This document shows, piece by piece, positions 7,874 to 21,865 of a stretch of 60,402 bases of DNA. Location: positions 1,773,465-1,833,866 of the forward strand of contig BFEA01000046.1 in the NCBI GenBank assembly GCA_003427395.1, written 5' to 3'. The notes beneath the pieces are model-generated. The model was given only the letters and a program-made list of their open reading frames with translations. It was not told the origin of the DNA and made no database searches. This DNA is from Chara braunii (lineage: Eukaryota > Plantae > Charophyceae). Position numbers and translations under genes: made by a program. Every line of letters starts with the position of its first letter. The stretch's first letter is position 1.

Positions 7874-10741
7874 ATATATATAATTTTAAAACTTTTGAAT
7901 TTTGATTTGTTTTGGCCCGGCCGGGCAAGTGGTCCCTGGCCACTCTGTAGCCTCGTTTTTTTTGAAGTTAAGATAAATGCCAAAATGCCCCTAGAAGATG
8001 TGGGTAGAGCGACACGCACCCCGCGTCCAGGTGGGTAATGGTCCCAGTACTTCTATCTGGGAAGACTGTGAGGGCCCGGGTCCAATCTGTAATAAAGAAT
8101 GGATCATATTGTTTTTTCAAATTGTTTTTTAATTAGAGGGGATGAGAGTCAGAAATGGGTGCTCTCAACGTTTTGTGGCCCTTCCCTGGCACGGTGCACC
8201 TCCTGTAGGCCCAACCTCACCACAGCCTCGGTTAACCGGCATGGTGCCATCGATAGCTGGGCAGGGTACTGATGGTTTCAAGTTCAAACCACCAATACAG
8301 TGGACTCTACATTGTCCAGCCGAAATTTTTTCCGACCGTGGCCTCCCTGCAGTGCCATCGCTCCGGTCTGGTTGGCCGATCCTTTCAGTGGAAGTGTCAG
8401 CTGAGGGCTTTCATAGTAATTTCATACTGGTGGTTTAATGCACCAGTACACCCAGGGCCAAGGTGGTTCCATGCCAAGCTTTTTCGAACCGTGGGGCACT
8501 TTTTCCTTTTTTGGCTGGCACTGCCAGCCATTGTGGTCTGGTAGGCGCGGGGTGCAATATTTTCAGAGTGGGTGACAAGTATATCTCCACAAGGCTGGGG
8601 GCGTGTACTGGCGGTTTAAGGAAGAAGTTCAGAAGTTGGGGTCAGATCCTGAAACATTGCCTTGCTAAGATGGAGAGGTAGTTTGAGCCTTTGAGGTACT
8701 AATCAGGGGGTTCTTGCCCAGACACAGTACGTGCAGTAATGCGGAAAGTACAGCAGCAAACATCGAATTCTCAATGTAGGTTGTTTTTTGCTTTCAAGGG
8801 CAAACAGCAGGGTAGCAACTCAGCACAAGGGAAGTAGCAGAGTGGTAAGGCAACCAAGCAAGCATCCACAGTGCAAGCAAGCGGGCAAGGATGTGATGAT
8901 CTAGGGAGAGTGTGATTTTTGCACCCTTTTTTTTTTTTTGTTTTTTTTTCAGGGGCACCCCTTCGTTTTCTTTGTCGTAATCAGGGTTTGTGTACTTCTG
9001 CAGTTTTGGGGCTCCCATTCTGATGCATTTTGTCAGCTTTGTTGTCTTTTTTGGGGACCATTTCTTGATTTATGCGTGTGATCCTTGTGCAGTGGCCACA
9101 CTAATCTCTGTGTCGTTCCGATTTTGAGGGATGTCCCAAAGGGCGTCAGAAATAATTTCGAGTTCTCTTTTTCAGAGTTGTTTTGGATTTTTATTTTTTT
9201 CATGCCTTAGCAAGGACACTTCCATTTTTGAATGGTCGCCACGTGGTAGGATTGGAAGGAGCATGATCTTTTCCTTGTTGCTTTGTGTGACGTTTTCCAT
9301 CACCGGTTCCTTCCATCGTTTGGCCTTCACTGGTCCTCCAATAGTAGATATTCAATGATGATCCAATCACACGCTGATATGAAGTGATATTCATCGTTTG
9401 GCCCCGCCACACACCTCATCATCATCTCAATCTCCATGGTTTTTCTCAAACTTCTAACAAAGTGCCTTACAAGGAATGTTGCATGAAGCAGTTAACAGGA
9501 GTTGGGAGTTACAAGGAGAGGACATATTGGGGAGTGTGTCAGCTGATGGGAACTAAGTGTGTTACTGACAACCGAGCTCAAAGTAAGTGACCGATCGAGA
9601 CTTTGAAAGGATATGAAGACTCTGGTTGGAGGTTTGCAATTGTGGATGGAAGGAAGCACAACTGAAAGGGATCTTTGAGATTGGAATGATGACGGCGTAA
9701 TATTCATGGGAGGTAAGTGGTTTGCAGATTTTAAATAGGCATATGCAAAATAGATAGACATACAAGACTGTATGTTGCTTTCGATCGCACTAGCATCATC
9801 TTTGTGGGGTTCAAAGGAGAAAAAAATCCAGCTTGAAGCGCAAAGGTAAACCAGTGTAGGCAAGCATATCAAAGTTGTGTATTGAGGCTGTGAGCGATGG
9901 AAGAACCAAAATGACCACTGGCCAGTTAAAATATTGATGTATTGAGTGAGTACAGGGTGAATACGTCATAAGTCTTGAAAAGATGGTGAGAAATGAAAGT
10001 GATAAGAGATTTGTGAATTTTATGCATCATTAAGTAGTCATGAGGGAGTCGACAGAGATGGGAGAAGGAATAAGGCTAAGGTTTGATGACATTAATTTCT
10101 TTGAATGTAGGGTACGATTGGGGTATACAAAGGCCGATTGGCAAGCTGAACAATGGTTGATAAATCTAAAAGGGTCCTCTGCAGAGAGGGGCTCATTTCC
10201 TAGAAATGGGGCTTTAACTAGTGGTGGATTTCAGTTCAGTGGGGACTAACTTAAGAAGGGGTCCTTATGTTGAGGAAGTTGTAGAAACCATTACTCAAGT
10301 GGAAATGCTTTTAAACCACTAGAACCGTCACTCGAGTGGAAATGCTTTTAAACCACTAATACTTCCGAGGCACTTATTTTGGGGTCTGGAAACGCCCTCC
10401 ACCACCCTTTCCCTCTGGAGGCTGAGCCCTGAAAGTTGCAGTGGCATGCTGGCCGCCACTGGTGGGTTCAAACTTGAAAAGGGAATAGGAAAACAGTCAA
10501 TGGAAATTGGTGTTTATAAAGAATAGAGCGGCCATAACTGTAGGATGGGGAGGGGTTCAAGAAGGTACACACAAAGGTTGGGGATTGGAAATATTTGAGT
10601 TGACGACCCGAGGAACTTGGAAGGTCATAGGAACGGCGAAAATTGCAACTTTGCCAGTGGGTGTTGCAGGGGAGCGCAGCGATGCGTATGCGAAGAGAAG
10701 ACTGACCAGAAAACTCTAATAGGAATTTAAGTGATATATTT

Positions 10742-10799
10742 AGAGTAATTTCATATTTTTTAGTTGTATACATACAACTAAAAAATATGAAATTACTCT
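10742..10799. repeat. Perfect inverted repeat, 28-bp arms with 2-nt spacer
   Basis: agagtaatttcatattttttagttgtat-ac-atacaactaaaaaatatgaaattactct. Confidence 0.95.
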
Positions 10800-11684
10800 T
10801 TTATAGTGTACTCTTTGTATTTCTTATATGAGTTTCTGTTTGGGTTTGGGGTATCCGAAAGTAAAAGCATTGAGAATGAAAACCAGAAACTGGTGAGGAG
10901 TGAAATCAGACGCGTTATCTTCTCCACTTCGCATGGATGTAAACAGCTGGCAAATCTCACTGGCGCTGGGCGCCCACACAACTCAGATACAAATTTGCTT
11001 TAGATTGGCTATGGCGACTGAGTGCCTTCACTCCATACATGAACTTAGTATTTACATCAACTGTTCACACGCACTTAACCCCACACACTTCCTCGGTACT
11101 TTACACACGCTTACATACACATTCACAGCTATCTCTAACCTAGGGCGGCTATGGCCGCTGTCTACTACTAACTATGGACTCTCTCTTTCTTCTTCACAGC
11201 CCACTTCGACTTCGGGCCTCTGCAGACCACCTCGCAGAAGACGCCTGGGCAGCGCTTCCGCATGGCTCAGACAGGAATGGATGAATGGCTGGACGCTGCC
11301 TCATTATTTATACTTCTGTTGGTCGCTGGTCTGCCCTCTTTCCACTGGGCCCTTGGTGCACACAGTCCCACATGGTACTTGCTGACTGGACTAAGTGAGA
11401 CTGGGACGGGGTACCACTGACTAAGCAAGGTTGGACTTACCATTTGCCCACTTGCCTCTGGTCTGCTGTGAACAACATTCGAAAGGCCACTTCCCAACCT
11501 TCCGGAAGCCTGCGGACTTGACCTTTCGGAACTGTAGCAGCTACGACCTTGACCTTTCAGGACTGTAGCAGGCTACGACCTTGACCTTTCAGAATTACTA
11601 CAGCTACGGCCTCTACACAACTATGACCCCTACTCGACAGACCTATGGTTCAAGACTCGACAGCTACATCAACCTACGACATAC

Positions 11685-11809
11685 AACAACTGACTCCTAA
11701 AACGCAGGTCACCGGTTCAAACACACGGGTACTGTACATGGGTGAGTTGAGGTCTATGGATTGAGCCCTGGGATCTGCATCTGCTACTGCAAAGGTGAAA
11801 ACCGTATCA
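11685..11809 (-). repeat. 3' terminal repeat (LTR portion) of the gypsy element
   Basis: Matches 18255-18381 at roughly 85-87% by eye; follows a short G-rich tract (gtgggag, minus strand) after the pol end. Confidence 0.75.
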
Positions 11810-11829
11810 CTCCCACGAGCCTAAATTTG

Positions 11830-14800
11830 AGGTCCTCCGATAATACTTTAGTCCAAGGTAGGACCTTTCCCTTGGAGCTCTGTCCGTGTAAACCAGGGTT
11901 CGTCTTCTAGTTCTTGAAAAAAGAATCTGACTCTCTCGTAGGCTCGAACTATATCGGAGCGGTCTCTAGAAGCTCTGTCCGTGTAAACCAGGGTTCGTCT
12001 TCTAGTTCTTGGAAAAAGAATCTGACTTTATACTTGTTTTTGTGGACGACCTTTACCTCCTGTTCTGGACACATCCTCATCAACTACACGATCAATTTCG
12101 TGCCTTCCGTCCATGTCTGGAGGAATCATCGACCTTCTCGACGGAAACTGCTGACTTGTCCTGCAAGGTAACAACTTCAATGCGTGAAAAACTGGATATG
12201 TATGGAGGTGTGCTGGAATCTCAATTGTGTAGGATGGTCCATCCTCTCCGTCCTTGACTTCTAGGACTGGCCACGGTCCTCAATATGCAGGCAATAGCTT
12301 CTGCGATATGTTCTCCGCAGGAGCAAACTCTTTAGACTTGATCCAGACTAAGTCGCCTACTTGGAACTGTGATGGGCGACTGTGTTTGTTAGCTTGCTCG
12401 ATCATCCTGTGTTAGGCCTTCCTGAGGTTCTTCGTGACGGTAGCAATCTCTTTCTCATACTGTAGTGCAAACTCCCTAGTACCAGGCGGTAGCCTAAATC
12501 TGATCCCGGCTCAGTCCATCAAATGTTCTACGTGGTCTAAAGGACTTATGCAACTCATTGGGAGTGAGACAGGTTGCTAAGTGCACGCTGTTGTTGTATG
12601 CGGTGGCTACCTTGGGAAGCATCTCATCCAGTTGACTTGATTGGTTCTAATATACATTCTGAGAACTTGCTGCAGGATTTTGTTCATCTGGTCAGTCTAT
12701 CCGTTAGTCTCTTGATGAAGGCCAAACGACATCAACAACTTAAGAGTCATAAACTCTCATCAGCCCCTGCCAGTTCTGACTAGTGAACCTGGTATCTCTG
12801 TCACTAACTATCGACAGTGGGAGACCATGTTCACTGACCCAATGATCAAAGAAACTAAATTTGTACGTGCCTCTGCGGGCATAGGAACAAACATTGCATA
12901 CGTACTAAATTTGTCAACCATAACCATGACTTGGCTCTTGCCATGCGTACTCCCGACCCCAATATCCATAAAGTCAATAGACACAGAATCTCCGGGTCCT
13001 GCGGGAATAGGCAGTGGTATGAGAAGACCAAGAGGGGCTCGCGTAGTGGTTTTATTCCGTTGGCACACCTAGCAACTGCGTAGATACTCTATGCAAGTCG
13101 GCCTTCATACGAGGCCGCGTATACCCGTGAATAAGGTTAGCTAACGTCTTCTACCAACCAAAATGTCCCTATGTGTCATGGCATTCCCCTAAGATCAGAC
13201 TACAGATCTGTTCAGTGTTGGGAACGCATAAACGATCGGCTACACTAGTCTTCCCAAATAACAACCCGTCTGAAGTGCGGTAATCTGGTTCGGTCTCTAG
13301 AGCCTCTTTAACTCTTTTGAGGAGATCGCTACAGATAGGGTCCTGCGCATACGCTTCCTTGACTTTCTGTTGCAGGTCTCTCCCCATATCCAAATAGGGA
13401 ACTATAGCTCCAAAGTAATCAGTTTTCCTACTTAGAGCGTTCGCGACTACATTATACTTCCTTTTAATTGGCTTGAGCTCAAAGTCAAACTGGCCTATCT
13501 CTGCGGCCCAGCTCGTAAGCTTAGGTGTCATCTTGGCCTGCGTTTTAAACCAACTCAACGTCTCGAGGTCTGAATACACTTTAAAGTGTCTCCCAAGCAA
13601 GTAGTGCTTCCAGTGGTCTAGCGCATGCATGAGAGCGTGGAGTTCCTTTTCATAGGTGGATGTCGCTACCTTCTCTGAAGGCATTCTAGCAGACATGAAC
13701 TCTACGGGTCTATACCCATTACCACCATCTTGCTGTAAGACAAAACCTATACCATACTGACTCGCATCAGTGGTGACAACGAAAGGTGATGATAAATCGG
13801 CTCCCTTGAGGACTCGATACTCTATCAAAACCTGTTTAACTTCTTCAGGCCCGACGTACAATGTTTATCCCACTCCCAGTTGCGAAGGGGTGCGACGATA
13901 GTGGAAAGGTTTCTGACGAGATTTCTGTAGTAATTGGTCCTAGAAACGACCGCAACTCTATGAATGTGAGGGGCGTCAACCAATCTCTAATCACTGCTAT
14001 CTTACTGTCCTCAGGTTTGATGCCATCTTCATCTAAGACATAGCTCAAGTACAAAACTTGTGTCTTGGCCCACTTGCACTTCTTCGCGTTGATTTTGAAG
14101 TTAGTTTCTCTTAGCTTCTCCAAGATCTTCTTCAAATGGCCGTCATGCTCCTGGAGGGTCTCACTAAGAACTAGAATGTCATCTAGGTATACTACTACAA
14201 ACCTATCAAACATGACCTAAACAAATCGTTCATTCAGCGTTGAAACGTCTCTGGCGCCTTGGTTAGTCCAAAGGGCATCACTATAAACTCATAGTGCCCA
14301 TATCTGGTCTTAAATGTTGTCTTATACTGGACGTCCCGGTGGACCTCTATCTGATGATAACCAAACTTCAAATCTATCTTTCAGAAATACTTGCAACCCT
14401 GCACCCGATGTAACAGATCATCTATATGGGGCAGTGGTTCGACATTCTTCAGAGTGACGGCATTCAGACCCCTGTAGTCAATACACATTTTACCTAGGTT
14501 GTTGGATCGGACGTCCGGGACCCCCCTGACCGTTCGGGATGTCGGACCGAACAAGGGTTATTCAAACTAGCGCAAAAAAAAAAAAAAAAAAAAAACAACC
14601 GTTCTCAGAAAAATCTGAAAACAATATATGTTATGTAACATGACAATACAAGCAACATTTGCCTTGGAGTCATGTTCGAATTCGCAACCAATCATGAGTT
14701 AAAAATCGAAAACCGAAAAACAAATTTGTTTTTTTTACGAAAAATAAAACTTTTTTTCCCGGACGATAGGGGTACCGGACGTATGGGGGAGACGTCCGGG

Positions 14801-17757
14801 GGAGATGTCCGGCCCCCGGACCATTGGTAACCTAGAATTTTACGCTCTCCCTCCTTCTTGGGGACAAAAAGAACAGGCGCTCGAAACGAGACGAGATGGG
14901 TCTTATCCAACCTTTTTTTAGGAGTTCATCTAACTGCTTGCGTAGTTTCTCTAACTCCCTTGGGAACATTTTATACAGGACCCCTTTCAGAGTTCTACTG
15001 CCATGCTCTATTTCTTAGGCTCAGTAACAGGTCTAACATAGGCTACACAAACCTGCTAAGTTGTTTTTTTTCACTAATTGCGCGAACACGGAAACACTGA
15101 GACAACAATGTGCCAGAGAGTTGTCTACTCCTGACACATGAAATAGGTGAGCAACCTTAACTTTGTTTGATGGATTAGGGAGCCTACGCTCGTGCTCTCT
15201 CAAGTGAAGTGTGGCCCCTGATGCCTCTCCCTTGTCCTTTCCTAGGACTATATCAAATGGAAGGTTGTTTTCTACGAGGAGAGTCGGGGAATGGAGAACT
15301 TTCTTTACCTTCCCATCCTTTTCTAGGTGAAAGTACGCCTGGACTCCCTCTACATAATCCTCGACTCGCATGGTGCGGTTGTCTGCGAGGATATTGACTA
15401 TAGGGTCTTCTGCAACGCTTTCCTACTAATATAGTTGCAGGTGGTCCCATAGTGTGTAAGGGTCCCTACTCTGCCTCTAAAGACTTTTGCATCTAATAAA
15501 ACTAGTCCTTTGCTATACTTCTTCATCTTGGCCCAGGCTGATATTCTCTCTTTCAGTTCCTCTGCCAGACGTGAGAGGGAAGCGCCTAGAGTGACTCTAA
15601 CACAAGCAGTTTCTGGAAAGCTATCTAGTCACCGACTAACAACCCCTGCCATAGAATTATGTGGGTTGGGAGTTTCTATGTGGTGCGCGCACTCTTCTCC
15701 ACATGGTTTAGAGGTAAGGGCAGTTGCAACCTCTACCGGTGGTTGCCTTTTGCTACTTGGGCAGCATATCAGGCATCTTTGTATTTGGGGCAGTATTTGA
15801 TAACGTGCCCTTGATCACCACAATAGATGTACTGATCCTGGTCTATCCTTTCTTACCATACTGATTGCTTGAGGCCCAAATCTTCCTTGGGTCTGCCTTG
15901 CGGAAAGCTAGGGTGCCATCCACTCCTCCTGGGAGGTGGCCGATTGAAACGAGAGCGGTTTTGCGGGGGACCTTGACCCTTGCTTCCCTCTTGGCGGTTT
16001 CCTTTGCCACCAGCCCCCTGATCGCCTTGTCCTCGACCACCAGGCTTGGCCCCCTTGGCCCCAACCTCCGCCTCTTCCTTGAGGCCTCCCTTCAGCCTTG
16101 TCCTTAACCATCAGGTCTGGCCCCGTTGGCCCCAACCTTCTTCTCTTCCTTGCAGCCTCCTTGCAGCCTCGATAGCAGCGTAAGTTCTCCCTGACTAACG
16201 CTACTATCCGCCTCTTCCAGTCCCCACTCTATCAGGTTGTAGGGGACCTGTTTCATACCACCTTTGTCTAAAGTAAGGATCAAGTGATACTTGGCCTAAG
16301 ATGGTATGTCCTTTCCATTGTTGACCCTTATCAAGGTCCTTATGCCAGAAAGTGGAAGCTGGCATGAACTGAGCCTAAAAAACTACCACCTCCCTACTCA
16401 ATGTATCGTAGGTGATAGCAGACTTTTTACTCTTTTCGAAAAAGTGTCCTCGTAAGGATTCAGACATCGCATGGTAGAATAATTGGACCAATTGGACCTC
16501 AGTGAGCCCATGTTCTTGGATGCCGGCTGACTCATCTACGACTCATTTGAGTGTGCTCGCACTCCTCCACTGACATGAGTAAGTAGTGTATGGCTTATCG
16601 AAGACTTTAATCCCCCAAGTGACTTCTGCGAATCGCTCGCGGAGAAACCTGAAGAATTCGCTTAGGGGGGTGATTATGGAGTATGCCACAATATCGTGTC
16701 ACACTTGGTGGCCCAGACAAGCGATCAAGCGAAGCTAGAGGCTTCGTTCTTAAGAGCATGGAAAGCGATGAGGACTTGTTCCTCAGGGAGGATCTTCTGG
16801 AGGTGAACATAGGAGTTAACGTTCGTCTCCCAATTATAAAAGTGTTCTTCCTTCTTCCCACTATAAGAACCAGGAAATTTAACGTTGGCTGGTTCGCTAT
16901 GTGGGCGAGTTTCCTTCTCTTTGGGAGTTGCTAATTTGACATCCTCTATCGCGCTTTTGTAAAATTTGTCCATATTGCGTAGTTGGGCTTGCATCTTTAT
17001 GCCCATGCGCATCATCATGTCATTTTCGAAATCTCTAAAACCTGTGCGAATTGATTGTAGGGCTATATCGTGGCTCTTCAAAAACTTCATTTACTCCTGT
17101 TGGGCACGAATCATCACTTCTATGCTTTTATGCATGATCTCCATTTTATTTTAGAGATCTGTTTGCTCAGCCAAGCGTGCATGTTGCTCCCCTGCGGCCG
17201 CTTACTCTTTCTCTAACGCCATTGTCACCTCTATGCGCCTTCTCCTCTATCTTCTTAGGCTCAACTTTCACTCCATCCTATTTTCCTCCTCCAATGCCTG
17301 ACGCTCCAAAGGATCCTGTACTGGCTGGATTTTTGCTATTGCCGCGGCTTTCTCGTCTGGACGAATATACACCATGGCCTCTTCGTTTTTTCCCAGGGAT
17401 AAATTCGCTACCCACTCATTCACCATCATCTTCAATTTCTTCTCCTCTTCTGTCGTGCCACTCGACTTCCTTTTCTTCGCCCTCCTGTCACTTATCTGTA
17501 GGGAAATTTATTCTTCTTCTGCTTTTGCTTCTTCTTCTTCTTCTTCTTCTTTTTCTATGGCCTTCAACTTTTCTTCCTCCTATATTCTCCTCCTCCAACT
17601 TCTTCTTCTTTGTTGCCTGCTCCTCTAACAAGGTTTGCTTCTTCGCCTGTTTTAATATCTTTTTTTTCTCCTTTCTCTCTCTCGGCATGAGGGCGGCTTG
17701 CTCTTACTGCTCTTTTGTGAAAGGGGTAATACTCTTTCCACTACGCGTGTCAACCAT
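11830..17757 (-). pseudogene. Ty3/gypsy gag-pol, multiply disabled
   Basis: Starts MVDTRSGKSITPF; PFDIVLG (protease end); [38 protein letters not shown] (RT); VVTTDASQYGIG (RNase H); H..GH..CQRNK and SIDFMD..VDKFS (integrase); HEIDRVVDE..WFTRTELLETAPDIVRAYE (chromodomain-like). Confidence 0.92.
14494..14835. mobile_element. hAT-type MITE inserted in the gypsy RT
   Basis: Termini CTAGGTT...AACCTAG; 8-bp TSD cattttac/aattttac; removing it plus one TSD restores KKEGERKMCIDYRGLN; subterminal gacgtccgg repeats. Confidence 0.88.
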
Positions 17758-18254
17758 AGTGACATGTGCACAACTGAGTGACAGTTCCACTCCTCATCAC
17801 TTAGACCTCCACCCACTGACTCATTGACTAACTGACTTTCTAAGGATCACATAATCCTTTTGGGACCCTGTCTTTATGGTCTCTAGTCTGTATCTACTTT
17901 TAAGCTATAGGACTTTAATGCTGATCAGGAGGCATTGAAGGAAATCCCTCATTACTCATGAATTTTTTAACGTCGTAAACTGGACGACGCAATCAGCAAG
18001 TCCTCTCAAGACTTAAACAACTGGTTGTGCAACCCACAACTCGGATTTTCGTCCTACCATGCCACACTGAGCAGCCCGTCGGTCTGTACCAGTCCTTGGG
18101 AGGGTTTGTCCCTCGAGTCAGTCAGTCGTTAGACATGGACTTAAGCCCTACTCAGTTCGTGTGGGTTTGGTAAACATAGCTCTATGACCTCATACACAGA
18201 GTTCCTATCACCTGGACAGAAGAGACTCGATGCAGAAAGAAGAGACAGACAGAT

Positions 18255-18381
18255 AACAACTGACTCTTAAAACGCAGGTCACGAGTTCAAACACACTGGG
18301 GTATTATACACGGGTGAGGCGAGGTCTAGGGATGGAGCCTTGGGATCTGCATCTGCTACTGTAAAGGTGAAAATCGTTTCA
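18255..18381 (-). repeat. 5' terminal repeat (LTR portion) of the gypsy element
   Basis: Second copy of 11685-11809, about 500 bp upstream of the gag ATG. Confidence 0.75.
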
Positions 18382-18731
18382 GGAGTTGAGAATTCTTATA
18401 AAATCTGTTTGTAAGGGTTGGGGTTAGAAGGTTCGGGTAGGGGGTATTACGAGGCCCAAAAACACTGGAAATGCAAACCTTGTTTTACTCGAGAAAGACA
18501 AAATTGTAAGAGTTATCAAATCTAGAGAGAGAAAGTTAGGTTGCCTTGGTCGATACTGGTAATAAAGTATTAGAAGATAGGGAAAACGATATGATCATAT
18601 CTCCGGCGCAAGTGTGCGGTGTGCTATGTGGTGCGGTGCGGTGGTCACTAGTGCGCGGAAAGAAAAAGAAAAAAAAGAAAAAAAAAAAAAAACAAAAGGT
18701 AGTGGCATGGGAGAACATGCGCGCGCGCGCA

Positions 18732-18765
<34 letters not shown>

Positions 18766-19639
18766 CAAACAAATAGGTCCTTTATATTCATAAGAAAACC
18801 CCTGCGGGTTATCGAAGAGGCCCCTGTAGATAATTAGCAAGGGCTTCCTCACCATGAACGAGTTAAATGCTCATAGTCATGCTAGGGTCATGGCACGCCA
18901 AGTATATATGTTGTTGATTCACATTAAGGTCCGTGTTTCAGAAGTTATGGAACCATTGAGCATGCGAGTTTCTGAGGAGTAGCAGGCCAACTCACCACAT
19001 GCTTTTCAGGGCGTCCTTCCACTCCTCACCAAATGTGTGAAACTTAAATGAATCTTCTGCTAGAACATGGAACGCCGCTATATGTTTTGCCTTTTGTGCA
19101 AGTGGTGACGAGTGGAGGAAGGTCATTAGAGCCATTGCTCGTAGGAAAATAAAACAAAAGAAAGAGGAATGAATATTCTGCTAGAACGTGGAACTACATA
19201 CGCTACCATATGTTTTGTCTTTTTTGCAAGTAGGGACGAGTGGAGCAAGGCCCTTAGGGCCACTGCTGGTAGGAAAACGACAAGAAAGAAAGAGAGAGCT
19301 ACGAGAACCCATGACTGTCGGAAAATAGACCCGGCTTCCGATCCAGAACTGCTGGTATGCTCCCCTCTCACACGAAATTTGTTGAACGTCTTTTGAGATG
19401 TTGGGACCCTTGCTGGGGTCTGTCGAGAAGAAGACTGTTCGACAAGGAATTCGTGGCCCCAAATTTGTTTTTCGGTGCCCTTTGATTTTTTAGAAGGGAG
19501 GGGCACCATTGGCCTCTCAATTTATTTTTTTAAGTGTATTTATTGGGGTGCGCCACGTCATGTGTGCGTGCATGCTTGCGCTTGCACTGTGCGGCGCATG
19601 CACGGAGCTCGCGCGCACGTGATGCGCCGCAGGTATAGG

Positions 19640-21520
19640 TATGATTGATTGAAAGGGAGGAACTTAGGTGAATGGAGAATTGAATAAAACAAATCAAAAG
19701 AAAAATAAACATTGAAAAAGAGACCAACTGAGATAATGTGCATCAATGCAAAGCAAACCGAGGTGGTATTGAATTACATGATAAACATCAAAAGTAAAAT
19801 AAATAAAAAGAGCATAACAAAGAAGGGAACGTCCTAGAAATTTTGGCTTTGAAATAAAAGTAATTTCTTATGTCAATGTTTTTGAAAATATGAATCATAA
19901 AGAGGGAAAATAGATTAACTGAGGCAATGCGCATTAATGCAAAGCAAGCAGTGTTCTAGTAGAAGGAGACAGTGTTGAAGTACAGGATAAACATCGGAAG
20001 TATAAAATTAAAAAAAACGTAAGAAAGAAAGTAAAACATCCTTAATGGATATTGGTATAAAAGCTACGTAGCAAAACCGGATACCCGGCACACGTATTTT
20101 ATTCAGAATTTTGAATCCGGATGAAATTTCTGGATTGATTTCGGATATGGGAAATTCGGATTTGTGAAAAGTAAGGGGGTTTCCCTTAAAAACATTAAGA
20201 AAAAAAAAATGTTAAAGATATAAACAATATATTGAATATATATATTTTTTGGCTTGATATCATTTTTAATATCCTGTCAAAAATAAACACGAAACTAAAA
20301 TAAATTAATTGAACAATATTGATATAAAATAAATTGAGGAACTCCCTTCTAAACGCCTTCATTTCTTATCTACACCCCCTCTTAACCTTTTGCTGACCAA
20401 TCAGGTTTTTTTATGAACGAAGAGCATAATTTTGTTGTATTTAATATTTGCAATATCATTTTATTTTATTTTTTTTATTATTATTATTTTGTTTTTACTT
20501 TTGATTTTTTTTTTGTGTTTTTTTTTTAATTATTTGAATTTGGGGATAATCCCACCTCCAAATAATCTGGCCAGATAATCGGACCAGATTATCCGGCCAG
20601 ATTATCTGTGCTGATTAGTATAAAAGATAGTGGAAATGATATGATTGATTGAGAGTGAGGAATTTCGATGAAAGGGCAATTGAAAAAACAAAATTCGATA
20701 GAATGATAAAGAGGGAAAAATAGACCAACTGAGGCAATGTGCATCAGTGCAAAGCAAGCAGTGTTCTAGTACAAGGAGAGGGTGTTGAATTACATGATAA
20801 ATATCAAAAGTGAGAAAGGAAAAGTGAACGTTCTTGGTGGATAATGGTCTAAATTAAAATGAGAATGTTACAACTGACTGCGTGAAAGGATCTTAGATTA
20901 AATGACAATTAAGGAAAACAAATCAAACAATGATAAAGAGCGAGAAATAGACATACTGAGGTGTTGTGCATAGACCATGTTCTAGTATAAGGACACGGTG
21001 TTGATTACATGGAAAACATTAAAAGGCGACCCCATCAAAAAAAAAACATAATAAAGAAAGTGAAAGCGGTAGATGTGGATGTAAATGATGGTAAAAATTA
21101 AATGATTGATTGAGAAAGAGCAACTGAAATGAAAGGACAATTCAAAAGAAAAATTCAAAAGAATTATAAGAAGTAAAATATAAGATCAATTGAGGAAATG
21201 TTCATGAATGCAAAGAAAGCAATGTTGAATCATTTTTGAATTACATCATAAATATCAAAAACGAACAATACCTCAGTAGATCTATTGTTCACTCTTTTTA
21301 ATTATTTTGATAGTTTTTTTTCAATTGTCCTTTCATATGCTTTCCTGTTTCTTATTCAATCATATAAATTTCACCATTTTTCATATCTGTATCCACTGCG
21401 TTTTCCGCTTTTGATATTTTATCATGTAATCAACACCTTTTTTTAGTACCAGAACATTATTTGCTTTGCATTGATGCACATTGCCTCGATATATATTTTT
21501 ACTTTTTATCAATATTTTGA
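19640..21520. repeat. Degenerate AT-rich ~200-250 bp repeat array with one inverted unit
   Basis: The motif aactgag..aatgtgcatcaatgcaaagcaa recurs near 19725, 19917, 20726, 20955 and 21188, and as reverse complement near 21460-21487. Confidence 0.7.
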
Positions 21521-21521
21521 T

Positions 21522-21865
21522 CTGTGTAGCACACCGAACGTGTTCGGAGCTTTTCCGAGCGTCCAAACATGTTCGGGTGTTCGGCCGAACGCCCCTTGAA
21601 TGTGTTCGGCCAAACATATTAAAAAAAAAAAAAAAAACTTTTGTTTTTGATTTTTGATTTTTCACTCGAGTTTGGTTACGAAGTTGAGCATACGCCCAAG
21701 GCAAAAGTTGTTTGTTTTATTTAATATTTTTTTATATTCGCGTTCGGGGGGGGTTTACCGAACACGAACGTTCGGGTTCCGTCACCGAACGCGAACATTG
21801 GGGTTCAGTCGGTTAAACGCGAACGTTTGGGTTCAGTCACTGAACGAGAACACGATGCTACACAA
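21522..21865. mobile_element. hAT-type MITE (CTGTGTAGCA termini)
   Basis: ctgtgtagca...tgctacacaa; TSD attttgat/cttttgat; subterminal cgaac/gttcg repeats. Confidence 0.8.

Larger units (their letters stand above)
11685..18381 (-). mobile_element. Degenerate Ty3/gypsy (chromovirus-like) LTR retrotransposon
   Basis: gag-PR-RT-RNaseH-INT-chromodomain order on the minus strand; ~125-bp terminal direct repeats at 11685-11809 and 18255-18381, beginning TGA on the minus strand. The left boundary may extend to ~10807. Confidence 0.9.
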
